Positions 46,846 to 55,954 of a stretch of 64,000 bases of DNA are shown here, piece by piece; position 1 is the stretch's first letter; each line of letters starts with the position of its first letter. Source of the stretch: Clostridia bacterium. Its GTDB lineage: Bacteria; Bacillota; DSM-521; Neomoorellales; SLTJ01. The notes beneath the pieces are model-generated. The model was not told the origin of the DNA, did not search any database, and saw nothing but the letters and a program-made list of their open reading frames with translations. Where the stretch lies: assembly GCA_004347685.1 (NCBI GenBank), contig SLTJ01000032.1, positions 118,371 through 182,370 of the forward strand, given 5' to 3'. A program made the translations under genes and the position numbers.

Positions 46846-47841
46846 GTGCCCAGCGGAAAGCTGTTGCGGCAAATCGTAAAGATCGGGGCGGAATCAAATA
46901 ACGAGGAGTTTTTCCGCCTGGTTGAAGCGCTAATCATGGAAGAAAGAACGAAAAAGCACCACCTGCTGGCCAATGACCTTGAGAGAATACTTTATGGAGA
47001 GCGGGCACCCGGGGTGCGGCCGCAGCGGCGTTTCTCTCACGATGTGCCGAAGGATAAGGAACGGGGTCTATCCCTATTGGAGGTTCGGGAGCCGGTCAGA
47101 GACTTGGGCGATATTGTGCTTTCCGATGAAAATCGCTCCATCTTAGAAGAAGTTCTTTTGGAGCAATCCCGCGCTGAAGTGCTGGCGTCTTATGGGTTGA
47201 GGCCAATCAGCCGCCTTCTCTTCTGCGGGCCACCAGGATGCGGCAAAACCTTGGCGGCAGAGGTCCTTGCCAGTGAGCTATGTTTAGAACTCGTAGTTAT
47301 CCGGTTTGATGCTGTCATTTCTTCGTTTCTCGGAGAAACGGCGGCCAACCTGAGGCGCGTGTTTGATTTCCTGGAGAGCGGGCACTTTGTGGCGCTTTTC
47401 GATGAGTTTGACGCCATTGGCAAAGAGAGGGAAGACACCGGGGACCACGGGGAACTCAAGAGGGTAGTTAACTCGTTTCTCCAGATGATGGATAGTTATC
47501 GCGGCAAGAGCCTTATGATAGCAGCCACCAACCATGAGCGGCTACTGGATAAAGCCTTGTGGCGGCGTTTCGATGAAGTGATGGTGTTTGAAAAACCCAA
47601 CCTGGAGCAGATCCGGAACCTTTTAACGGTTAAGCTGCGTGGAGTGCGTTATGAATTACCCATAGAAGACCCTGCTTTCCTGAACCTATTCAAGGGCTTC
47701 ACCCATGCCGATATTGAACGGATTATAATCAAAGCCATCAAAACCATGGCCCTGAAAGGCAGGGAATTCCTGACGCCCGAAATCCTAGAGGAGGCCAGGA
47801 AACGCGAGGAGAGCAGGCTTCATCTGATGGCAAGGCTCTGA
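46846..47841 (+). CDS. AAA+ ATPase (IetA-like)
   Basis: Walker A CGPPGCGKTLAAE, Walker B ALFDEFDAIG, second region of homology. AGGAGGGAGG RBS. Confidence 0.8.
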   Translation: MPSGKLLRQIVKIGAESNNEEFFRLVEALIMEERTKKHHLLANDLERILYGERAPGVRPQRRFSHDVPKDKERGLSLLEVREPVRDLGDIVLSDENRSILEEVLLEQSRAEVLASYGLRPISRLLFCGPPGCGKTLAAEVLASELCLELVVIRFDAVISSFLGETAANLRRVFDFLESGHFVALFDEFDAIGKEREDTGDHGELKRVVNSFLQMMDSYRGKSLMIAATNHERLLDKALWRRFDEVMVFEKPNLEQIRNLLTVKLRGVRYELPIEDPAFLNLFKGFTHADIERIIIKAIKTMALKGREFLTPEILEEARKREESRLHLMARL

Positions 47842-47863
47842 GTTTCAAGATGGGGGGAGCAGC

Positions 47864-50173
47864 ATGAATCTCTATGATCACTTGCCATTTTCGCGATTAG
47901 AACCGATTAATCAGCGCCGTGTACGACCTGGGTTCTCGACCACCACTCCCCCTTCTGACCCGAAGGCCTTTGCCGCAGACGTTTCCGGACAGCTCTCTCG
48001 GGCTGTCGAAGAAGCGAGAAAAGAAATTCCGGGGTTTGACCCCCGGCTGTTGTTAAAGGTTCGTGCCCTAGGAATAAGTCCGAGCGATTTGGAGGCCATC
48101 GAGGGTTTAACGGTTATCAGCCAGGAAGGCAAGGACCTGCTTGTTCTGTTTGCTAAGGAAGAAGGCCTGAACGAGTTCAAGAATAGGTTGGATCAAATAG
48201 CCCGTGGCGAAATCCCGACTCGCAAAGATGTTATGTACGCCGTTAAAGGCTGGGAAAACTGGAGCAAAGAGGATAGGATAGGGCCTGCCCTAAGGCGTCA
48301 TGGCATCCCTACCCAAGAGCCGTTCCGGGTGGATGTAGAACTGTGGGCGCTAGAAAGACGTGACGAACGAAGCTCCATGCTGGCGGCCTTTGAGGCGCGA
48401 TGCCGGGAGAATGGGCTAAAGCAACTTGACCGCCTTACTCAAGAAACGATCATCATGTACCGGCTGGAGGTGTCCCGGGCGGGACTGGAATTTCTCCTTT
48501 CTCACCGTGACGTGAGGATGGTTGACTTGCCGCCTCTTTACCAGCTCGAGGTAGGGCTTACCCATGTATCAGTACAAGACCTGCCAGAGGTACCTCCACC
48601 AGAGGCCAGCGCTCCCGGGATCACGGTGCTTGACAGCGGTTTGAACACCAATCATCCACTTTTAGGTCCCGCTGTGGGGGATGCACAGAGTTTCCTGCCC
48701 GGACTTGGACCGGAGGACGAAAACGGTCACGGGACAATGGTTGCTGGGCTGGCACTCTACGGTGATGTGGAACAGCAACTCCGCTCGGGGCGTTTTATAC
48801 CCGAGTTGCGTCTCTTTAGTGGACGAATAACCGATGCTTCAAACTATTCGCCCGGCTTTCTAGAAAACCGTCTGATCGAGGCCGTGGACTATTTTACAAA
48901 GGAATATGGCTGTAAAATATTCAACCTGTCCATTGGGGATGTCCAAAAGCCTTATACGGGAGGCCATGTCCGAGGACTTGCCGCCGTATTGGATACCCTG
49001 GTCAGGCAATATAACGTGCTTTTTGTTGTATCAGCAGGGAATTTTTGGAGAACCGAGGAATTCCCTCAGGATTGGAGGGGGCAATACCCAGACTACCTGT
49101 TTACTGACGAAGCTCGCATCATTGATCCCGCGCCCGCTCTAAATGTGTTGACGGTGGGGAGTTTGGCCAAGTATGAGCAGCCGCGTCTAGGACAGAGATT
49201 TCCCAATGACGTTAACTACCAGCCTGTTGCCAGGCGTGATCAGCCCTCACCGTTTACCCGTAGTGGTCCGGGGCCAGGTGATGCCATAAAGCCAGAGGTA
49301 GTGGAGTATGGAGGGAATTTTTCCGTAGACTTACGAACTCAGCCAAATAAACTCCTCCCTAACGACCTGTTAGGTGAACTGAGTACGTTTCATGAGTATA
49401 CCGGGGGCAGGCTTTTTGTTGTAGATGCTGGGACAAGCTTCGCTGCTCCAAAAGTGGCTCATCTTGCCGGAAGACTTTTGAAGCGTTACCCAGAGGCAGG
49501 GCCGAATTTGTTGCGGGCTCTCATTGTTGCGCATGCGGCTATTCCGGAGGCAACCCGGGAACTTCTTCAGGATGCCTCTAAGGAAATGAACCTGGTAGGG
49601 TATGGTAAACCGGATTGGGACAGTGTTATTTATTCGGTAGACTCCAGGGTGACCCTGTACTGTCAGGAGAAGATTAGTGGCCAGACGCATCACTTTTACG
49701 AGATACCCCTTCCGGAGGACTTTTTTGGAGGTAGGGCGAGGCGAAAGCGTTATATTACGGTGGCCCTGGCGCACATACCTCTGGTCCGCAGGACGCGCAT
49801 TGAATATAAGGGTAGTAGTATCAATTTTCGGGTTGTAAGGGCACGATACTTGGATGACATCTTGCCGATCTTCCGTTACACCTCTAAGGAGGAAAGGGAG
49901 GCGCTGTTGCCAGAGGCGGGAAAGTTCAAGCCGACACCGAATGTTAGAAATAAGGGCACTGTACAGGCGGCGACCTGGCAAATTAAGCAGGTAGATAGCA
50001 GATGGGAAGACGGCCGCCTTTTTATTGTAGTTACCCGCGCCGTTGAGCCCTGGGCCGAGCAAATCTTTGACGAAGAAGATTACGCTTTGGTAGTAGTGCT
50101 GAAGGACGAATCTGAGCAGGTACGTTATTACACGCAGGTTCGGCAACTACTTCGTGCTCGGATTAGGGTCTAG
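47864..50173 (+). CDS. S8 (subtilisin-family) peptidase (IetS-like)
   Basis: Catalytic triad contexts VLDSGLN (Asp), HGTMVAGLA (His), GTSFAAPKVAHLAG (Ser). 769 aa with no signal peptide. Confidence 0.85.
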   Translation: MNLYDHLPFSRLEPINQRRVRPGFSTTTPPSDPKAFAADVSGQLSRAVEEARKEIPGFDPRLLLKVRALGISPSDLEAIEGLTVISQEGKDLLVLFAKEEGLNEFKNRLDQIARGEIPTRKDVMYAVKGWENWSKEDRIGPALRRHGIPTQEPFRVDVELWALERRDERSSMLAAFEARCRENGLKQLDRLTQETIIMYRLEVSRAGLEFLLSHRDVRMVDLPPLYQLEVGLTHVSVQDLPEVPPPEASAPGITVLDSGLNTNHPLLGPAVGDAQSFLPGLGPEDENGHGTMVAGLALYGDVEQQLRSGRFIPELRLFSGRITDASNYSPGFLENRLIEAVDYFTKEYGCKIFNLSIGDVQKPYTGGHVRGLAAVLDTLVRQYNVLFVVSAGNFWRTEEFPQDWRGQYPDYLFTDEARIIDPAPALNVLTVGSLAKYEQPRLGQRFPNDVNYQPVARRDQPSPFTRSGPGPGDAIKPEVVEYGGNFSVDLRTQPNKLLPNDLLGELSTFHEYTGGRLFVVDAGTSFAAPKVAHLAGRLLKRYPEAGPNLLRALIVAHAAIPEATRELLQDASKEMNLVGYGKPDWDSVIYSVDSRVTLYCQEKISGQTHHFYEIPLPEDFFGGRARRKRYITVALAHIPLVRRTRIEYKGSSINFRVVRARYLDDILPIFRYTSKEEREALLPEAGKFKPTPNVRNKGTVQAATWQIKQVDSRWEDGRLFIVVTRAVEPWAEQIFDEEDYALVVVLKDESEQVRYYTQVRQLLRARIRV

Positions 50174-50222
50174 ATCTAGACTTATAATTACTCTAACCAA
50201 AATAAAAGCGATACCTATTCTG

Positions 50223-50256
50223 AAGGCCACTTCCTTTTTCAGGGGGTGGCCTTTTT
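50223..50256 (+). terminator. Rho-independent terminator after the protease gene
   Basis: AAGGCCAC...GTGGCCTT stem followed by a T-run. Confidence 0.6.
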
Positions 50257-50296
50257 GCGTGCCGTTACCGGAATTAAGAACCAGGAGGGTGGAAAC

Positions 50297-51499
50297 ATGA
50301 GCGCTTATGCCATTGTGGGGCGGGAAGCGGCCCAGGCCGTGGCCGCCTGCCTGCGCCAAAGGGGGATGGCCGAGGCCCCGGTGTGGCTCGCTGGCCGCGG
50401 CCAGGGGGCGACGGCCCTGGAGGAAGCCGCCCGGGTGCCGGCCGACATTCTCCTGCTGGACGTGGAAACCGGCCCCGGCCTGGGGCCGGCAGTGCTGCGT
50501 TACCGCCTGGCTCGGCCCCAGACGCGGATCGTGCTCCTGGCTGCGGGAAAGGTGCCGGGGGACGCCGAGGTGGCCGCGGTGGTGCAGGCGGGGGTCTACG
50601 ACGTGGTCACCGACCTGGAGAGCCTGGGCATGGTCCTGGACCGGCCGCCGGGCGACCTGGCGGCAGCCGCCCTCTGGCTGGACCCGTCCTTGGCCTTCGG
50701 GACCTCCCGCCGGGAACAGGTGCGGGAACGGGTCATCGAGCGCCGGGTGGCGGTGACCCAGCGGCCGGTATTAATTGTCGTGGCCGGTGTGGCCCCCGGG
50801 GTAGGCACCACCACCGTGGCCTGTACCCTGGCCGGCTACCTGGCCCGCCAGGGGCACCGGACAGTTCTGGTGGAAGCGGGAGAATGCCTCAGCCTGGGCC
50901 TCATCGCCAACATGGACCTGGGGCCGGACCCGGTGGGGTGGCTGCCCAACCTGGAGGTGTGCGCCGACCCCGCACCGCGCAACCTGGTGCGGGGGAGAAA
51001 GCACGCCTACGTGGTGGCCGACCTGGGCGCTTACCCTCGCGCCGAGCTGGCCCGCCTGGACGCCGACCTGGTGCTGGTGGTGCTGCCCCAGGCCCACCGC
51101 CTCCAGCGGGCGGTGACGTGGCTAAGGGGTGCCAACCTCCCGCCGGGCGCCCCGGCGGGGATGCGCTACGTGGTGACGGCGGCAGGGGAAGCCGGCCGCC
51201 GCGTGGCCGCGGCCTGGGAGGCCCTCTGTGCCGAAATGGCGGCGGTCCAGGGGCAAGGGGCAAAGGTGGATGTCCACCTGCTGCCGGTCACCGGCCACCA
51301 CCTGACCTGGCCGCCGGGTTACCGCCAGGGAGGCGAGGAACTGGCCAGGGCCTGCGCCGGGATCCTGGCGGAAGTCCTGCCCGACCTGCCCAGGCGGCGC
51401 GGTTGGCCCTGGCACCTGCTGGGGAAGCGGAAGGAACCAGGCCGGACGGGAGCTACTACCTCCGGGGGGAAGCGGGCGTCCGCGGGTGCGCCCCGGTAG
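50297..51499 (+). CDS. TadZ/CpaE-like protein (receiver-like N-domain + ParA/MinD ATPase)
   Basis: N-terminal receiver-like fold (ADILLLDVE...RIVLLA). P-loop VVAGVAPGVGTTTVACTLAGYLA. ATG at 50297 follows GGAGGGTGG. Confidence 0.55.
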   Translation: MSAYAIVGREAAQAVAACLRQRGMAEAPVWLAGRGQGATALEEAARVPADILLLDVETGPGLGPAVLRYRLARPQTRIVLLAAGKVPGDAEVAAVVQAGVYDVVTDLESLGMVLDRPPGDLAAAALWLDPSLAFGTSRREQVRERVIERRVAVTQRPVLIVVAGVAPGVGTTTVACTLAGYLARQGHRTVLVEAGECLSLGLIANMDLGPDPVGWLPNLEVCADPAPRNLVRGRKHAYVVADLGAYPRAELARLDADLVLVVLPQAHRLQRAVTWLRGANLPPGAPAGMRYVVTAAGEAGRRVAAAWEALCAEMAAVQGQGAKVDVHLLPVTGHHLTWPPGYRQGGEELARACAGILAEVLPDLPRRRGWPWHLLGKRKEPGRTGATTSGGKRASAGAPR

Positions 51500-51640
51500 C
51501 CATGTAATGCAGGATAAGAGAGGCACAACCCAGCGCAGGCAAAGCCTGCGCGTGCTTGATTCATAAGGGTTTCCCCGTGTGCCGAACCGTGTGCCACGGC
51601 CATTCTACCCTGAGCGCGCCACGTGGATACAGAAGTGAAG
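51500..51640 (+). promoter_or_regulatory. Candidate oriT / relaxosome region
   Basis: Inverted repeat GCGCAGGC-AAA-GCCTGCGC (51533-51551) and direct repeat CCGTGTGCC x2 (51575, 51587), just upstream of the RHH + relaxase genes. No nic site identified. Confidence 0.35.
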
Positions 51641-51665
51641 TTTGGTCAGGAAAGGCGGTGAGGTA

Positions 51666-52073
51666 ATGAGCGAAACCAGGGTAACCAAGAGACGGGTGGC
51701 GGTGATGGTGGACACGCCGGTTTTCGCCCGGCTGTGGGCCGAGGCCCAGGCCGAGGGAGTATCGGTGGCCGAGGTGGTAAGAAGGATCATTGACGAGCGC
51801 ATCCGGGGCGACTCCGCCCGCCTGGGTGTCCCGGTGGTGGAGGATGCCGTGCGGCGGGTCATGGAGCCCCATGTGGACCGGCTGGCGGGGATGCTGGCCC
51901 ACGCTGGCGTCGCCGCCGGCACTGCGGCCTGGCTGGCCCGGGCGCTGGTGAATCTCCTCACCCAGGTGGACCCCGACGAGGCCTGGGAGCAGGCGGTGGC
52001 CCGGGCCAAAACGGGTTTGCGCCGCAGCCTGAAGGCGGCGGAGGAGGACGAGGATGAAGAAGACCGGGACTAA
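51666..52073 (+). CDS. Ribbon-helix-helix relaxosome accessory protein (candidate)
   Basis: KRRVAVMVDTPVFARLWAEAQAEGVSVAEVVRRIIDE RHH pattern. Overlaps the relaxase start. Confidence 0.55.
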   Translation: MSETRVTKRRVAVMVDTPVFARLWAEAQAEGVSVAEVVRRIIDERIRGDSARLGVPVVEDAVRRVMEPHVDRLAGMLAHAGVAAGTAAWLARALVNLLTQVDPDEAWEQAVARAKTGLRRSLKAAEEDEDEEDRD

Positions 52074-53376
52074 GGCGCCACCCTTTTTGAAAATCAAGCA
52101 CAGCGAGCAGGCCCAAAAGGACGCCGCCCACGTCCGCTACATCGGTTCCCGCCCGGGGGTGGAAAAAGTCCTGGTGCAAGACGATCTGGCTGCCGACGCG
52201 GCGCACATCGAGTACGCCGGGGCGCGGCCCCGCAGCACCGGCCTGTTCGGGCCGGATCCTGAGCATCCGCCCCTTTTGGCCGCGGCTATGAAGGAAGTGG
52301 GCAACCGGTCCGGCGGCCCCTCCTGGCGGCTGGTCTTGAGCCTGCGGGAGGACGACGCCCGGGAGCTGGCGGTTAGCGGCCTGGCCGCCTGGCAGGACCT
52401 GACCAGGCGGTGCATGGCCCAGTTCGGCCAGGCCACGGGGATACGGCCGGAGCACCTGCGCTGGGTGGCCGCCCACCATCCCGAGCCCGGGCACCCCCAC
52501 GTGCACGTCATCGCCTGGCTGGCGGACGGCGCTCCCCGGCGGCGGGGCTTGCTCTCCAGCATGGAGCTGCGGGAAGTGCGCCGGGGAATGACCAGGGAGC
52601 TGTTTGGCCCCCTGCGCGCCCGCCTGGCGGCGGAGCGTACCCTGAACCGTAACACCATGCTGGACACCGTGCGCGAGGATGTGGCCCGGGCGGAGCGCCT
52701 CCTGCGGCGGGTGGAACTGGAGTTGCAGGCCCAGGAGCCGGTGGGCGAGAGGTTGCCGCCCCGCCTGGAAAGGGCGGACCTGGAGCTTCTCGCCCGCCAA
52801 CTGGAAGGCCTGGCGCAAAAGATGCCCGGGCACGGCCAGGCCAAGCTGGCCTACCTGCCGGCGGAGATCAAAGAGGAAGCCAGAGAGGTTGCCCGCTGGC
52901 TCCTGGAAAGGCCCCAGGTGGCCGGGGTGCTGGCCGGCTACGAAAAAGCCACCAGGGAACTGACCAGGCTCTATACCCGCCAGCCGGAGAAGGCTGAAGA
53001 AGCCTGGCGGAAGGCCTACGACGACCTGCGCGACCGGGTGGCCCAGGTGGTAGTCCGGTCGGCGGCGGAGCTGAACCGGACCTCCCGGCGGCCCGCTGCC
53101 ACTCAGGAGCGTAACGTGGAAGAGAGGCCAAAACCGCAGGTGCAGGACAGGGCGGAGCTGCCGGCGGGGGAAGCAGGCCGGACGCGGCAACCCCACTCAA
53201 GTAAGGGCATTGATTTAGCCCGCGTTACCTGGCGTTCCGCCTGGCGCACCCTGGAACGGGAGCGCCTGCGGGCCGAGGCCAGGGCGGAACTGGCCAGCCT
53301 GCGGGAGGTCGAGCGGGCCGAGGAACGGGCGCGGCGGGAGCGCGAGCGCCAGGGCGGGGGATTAGGAAGGTTATGA
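52054..53376 (+). CDS. Relaxase (MobL/MOBP-like)
   Basis: Repeated AHVRYIGSRPGVE / AHIEYAGARPRSTGLF motifs and the His cluster HHPEPGHPHVHV. Long helical C-terminus. Confidence 0.7.
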   Translation: MKKTGTKAPPFLKIKHSEQAQKDAAHVRYIGSRPGVEKVLVQDDLAADAAHIEYAGARPRSTGLFGPDPEHPPLLAAAMKEVGNRSGGPSWRLVLSLREDDARELAVSGLAAWQDLTRRCMAQFGQATGIRPEHLRWVAAHHPEPGHPHVHVIAWLADGAPRRRGLLSSMELREVRRGMTRELFGPLRARLAAERTLNRNTMLDTVREDVARAERLLRRVELELQAQEPVGERLPPRLERADLELLARQLEGLAQKMPGHGQAKLAYLPAEIKEEAREVARWLLERPQVAGVLAGYEKATRELTRLYTRQPEKAEEAWRKAYDDLRDRVAQVVVRSAAELNRTSRRPAATQERNVEERPKPQVQDRAELPAGEAGRTRQPHSSKGIDLARVTWRSAWRTLERERLRAEARAELASLREVERAEERARRERERQGGGLGRL

Positions 53377-53404
53377 GGCAAAAAACAAAGGAGGTTTGAT
53401 CCGG

Positions 53405-54433
53405 ATGATTATCGCGGTGGACGTGGGCTACGGTTTCACCAAGGCCCTCAACGAGTACCAGCGGAGCGTAGTCTTTCCGTCCCTGGTGGCGCCGGGCCAG
53501 GACCGCTCCCTGGAAGGCATCTTTGGTGCGGGACAGTCCGGCCTGGACTGCCTGCACGTCAGGGTGAACGGCCAGGAGTTCTTCGTGGGTGAGTTGGCCT
53601 GGAGGGGAGGGATGGGCGCCTCCTTCACCCTGGAGGCGTGGAAAATCGGTCACCAGAATACCCAGGTCTTGTTGGCCACGGCGGCGGCCCTGCTCTTGCC
53701 GGTGGGAGTTGCCACCATTCACCTGGCCACCGGGCTACCCTACGAGGACTACCGCCACCAGCGCCAGCCCATGGAAGAGATGCTCAAGGCCTTCCGGGCC
53801 GAGGTGGAATTCCTGGGTGGCCCCCTCACCGGGGAGGGTCGAACTGTGCGCTTTCATCAGATAACGGTATTCCCCCAGGCCGCCGGCGCCGTGTATGCTT
53901 CCCTGGATACCCAGACCCTGGCCCAGGTGGCCGGGAGCGGCAGGCTGATCAGCGTGGTGGACGTGGGTTACAAAACGACGGACGTGGTGACCTTTGAGGC
54001 CGGGCACACCTTCCGCCTGCGGCCGGACCTCTCCGGTACGGTGGACCAGGGGATCAGCGACCTGGAAAGGCGTTTGCTGGCTGTCTTTACCGAAAAAACA
54101 GGGCGGCGCCTGGACCCGGCCAGGGCGGGGCGGTTACTTGAGGAGGGCGGGATAGAGCTTGGGGGCAGGTTCCTGGACCTGCGCGAGGAAATCAGCCGGA
54201 CCAGGGAAGCTCTGGCGGGCTTAATCAGGGATAAGGTGCGAACTATATGGCGCGACCAGGGAGAGTTTATCTGGCGGGTGTACCTGGTGGGCGGCGGTTG
54301 CGTCTACCTGGCGGAGGCTCTACAGAACCTGCACCCGGCCATGCATTTGGTAGAGGATGCCCAATTCGCCAACGCTCGCGGTTTCCTGGCTGTGGCCCGG
54401 CGGCGGGAAAGGGGGCTGGCGGGCACAAGGTAG
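53405..54433 (+). CDS. ParM/StbA-like actin-family segregation ATPase
   Basis: IIAVDVGYGFTK (phosphate 1), VVDVGYKTTDV (phosphate 2), VYLVGGGC (adenosine). AAAGGAGG RBS. Confidence 0.8.
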   Translation: MIIAVDVGYGFTKALNEYQRSVVFPSLVAPGQDRSLEGIFGAGQSGLDCLHVRVNGQEFFVGELAWRGGMGASFTLEAWKIGHQNTQVLLATAAALLLPVGVATIHLATGLPYEDYRHQRQPMEEMLKAFRAEVEFLGGPLTGEGRTVRFHQITVFPQAAGAVYASLDTQTLAQVAGSGRLISVVDVGYKTTDVVTFEAGHTFRLRPDLSGTVDQGISDLERRLLAVFTEKTGRRLDPARAGRLLEEGGIELGGRFLDLREEISRTREALAGLIRDKVRTIWRDQGEFIWRVYLVGGGCVYLAEALQNLHPAMHLVEDAQFANARGFLAVARRRERGLAGTR

Positions 54434-54657
54434 ACCTTGATTTGTGTTGCGGCAGTAGCTCCTCAAGCCACGACCCTCCTTATAATTGGGTGTCCGGCAG
54501 GCTCACGCCTCTTACTATGCAGTCTCAGCGTCTGTTTTTCCGTTACCTGCCGGACAGTTTTTAGCGACAGAAAAAGCCGTCAGACCGGCGGCGTCCTCCA
54601 ACCCTTATCAGCTAGTGCGCTTGTTGATTCTACCCTTGTCGGACAGGAGGTGATCCC

Positions 54658-54945
54658 TTGGGGGGAAAGAAGTTTTCCCTGCGGCTTTGCCCGGAAACGG
54701 AAGCCATTCTCGCCAATGTGTCTCGGGAACGGCGGAGTGAGTACGTGCGGCAGGCCATCCTGTTTTACCATAACCAGGGTGCAGTGCTCAGGAGGATAGA
54801 GGAGAAGCTTGACCTGGTGATGGAGGGCCTGGGAGAGGGGTTTACTCTACCAGGGCCACCGGAGCGGAAACAGGGGACTATAGGAGGTGAACCAGCCATA
54901 GAGGCGTACCTCTTTTCGGGGCAGGAGGAGATATTTAATATCTAG
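54658..54945 (+). CDS. Ribbon-helix-helix protein (ParR-like adaptor candidate)
   Basis: KKFSLRLCPETEAILANVSRERRSEYVRQAILFY RHH pattern downstream of the parM-like gene. Confidence 0.5.
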   Translation: MGGKKFSLRLCPETEAILANVSRERRSEYVRQAILFYHNQGAVLRRIEEKLDLVMEGLGEGFTLPGPPERKQGTIGGEPAIEAYLFSGQEEIFNI

Positions 54946-55164
54946 GAGGAGGGGGGAGAGAAATCATGGGCACGTTACCTTTAATCCTTTGGGCCGGCCC
55001 TGGAAAAGCCCATAGTGATGATGAGGCCTTTTTGGGAGATTTTTGATGGAAACCAGCAGGAAAATCAAATAACGTGTCGAATAGCCATAACATGCTATTA
55101 ACCTTTTAGAGAAGGGCTGTATGATGAAAGGATTTCCAGGTACTAAAAGAACACTAGTTCAAAT

Positions 55165-55212
55165 GGGGGGGGGGGGGGGGTAATAATTGCTATAGATGTC
55201 ATTTAGTGGAAA
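55165..55212 (+). repeat. Poly-G tract (G16) + conserved 32-nt box, copy A
   Basis: G16 at 55165-55180, then TAATAATTGCTATAGATGTCATTTAGTGGAAA. Paralog at 59525-59569. Confidence 0.9.
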
Positions 55213-55332
55213 CAAATCCCCTCTACTTCCTCCTTCTCTTTTTTCTTCTTTTCCTTTGCCTCGCCCGAGGCAAAATCATTCTTTTCCTCCATAATTTCCC
55301 TAACACCAACAGCAAATTTACCTTCCCCGGGT

Positions 55333-55430
55333 ATCCTACGCTCAAGGCAAACCTGTCGAAAGGTAGGGACGCAGAGCCACGGGTTTTCGAGCCCCTTTTT
55401 CGGGGTATGATCGCCAGGCTGCTGCAGGAT
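55333..55430 (+). promoter_or_regulatory. c-di-GMP-I (GEMM-I) riboswitch #1
   Basis: ACGCUCAAGGCAAACCUGUCGAAAGGUAGGGACGCAGAGCCACGGGUU... matches the GEMM-I core (GGCAAACC..GAAAG..GGGACGCAAAGCC). P1 is ATCCT/AGGAT. Confidence 0.8.
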
Positions 55431-55739
55431 TCTTGCCTTTTAGCTGGTAGCTTTACCCGCTACCATGGGCAATAAGCTTTTGAAAGAAAGCTCCTGAAGG
55501 TAGCTTGCTTCAACCTGAGCGCATGGTTGGAAGTAGTCATCGAATGGCGGGCGGCCTTAAGCAACCCAGGCTTCTTATCTGTTGGGCGGTCCTATTTGTT
55601 GAGTGCATACCTGCCAGTGGATGCTACGCCCTACATCCCATAGGGGAAATGCCGAGCAGAGGTGGCAAGGCTAGTGACTGCCCATCACGAGTTCAGGAGA
55701 AAGCGCGCAGCGCTATTTGCTTGAAGGAGGAACAAAGAT

Positions 55740-55931
55740 TTGGTTGATGGTCCATTAACTCAGGAAGAGATCGAAGAACTAGTGGCTCTGATCAAGGAGG
55801 GCAAAGTTCTGGCACCCGCCGGGCGGGCTACGCTGGAAGGAGAAACTGGTGATAGCGATTCTTTGCAGGAGAAAATGGCTGACCGTTTTCCCAATAAGCT
55901 GGGTGCTGCCCAAATGTTAAAGGGCAGTTAA
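55740..55931 (+). CDS. Small hypothetical protein
   Basis: GAAGGAGG RBS before TTG. 63 aa, acidic. Confidence 0.35.
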   Translation: MVDGPLTQEEIEELVALIKEGKVLAPAGRATLEGETGDSDSLQEKMADRFPNKLGAAQMLKGS

Positions 55932-55954
55932 ATTCGACCTTATGAGGGAAGGAG

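Noticed and set aside
55160-55200. Reading the poly-G + TTGCT as a sigma-54 (-24 GG / -12 GC) promoter.
   Set aside because: Any GG spacing is trivially satisfied by a homopolymer. The rest of the -24 element (TGGCAC) is absent, and no enhancer-binding protein gene is present on the element.
55206-55475. ORFs reading through the riboswitches (55206-55475 and 59563-59829, the latter Cys-rich), which looked like paralogous small proteins.
   Set aside because: The two copies are conserved at the nucleotide level across the GEMM-I aptamer but fall in different frames over part of it, so the conservation is RNA-level. Neither has a convincing RBS.
55440-55739. A possible fourth regulatory RNA (second riboswitch or T-box-like) in the 300-nt leader between riboswitch #1 and the first gene.
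   Set aside because: I could not match it to any motif I know or find a clear terminator/antiterminator pair. It is left as unexplained leader sequence.
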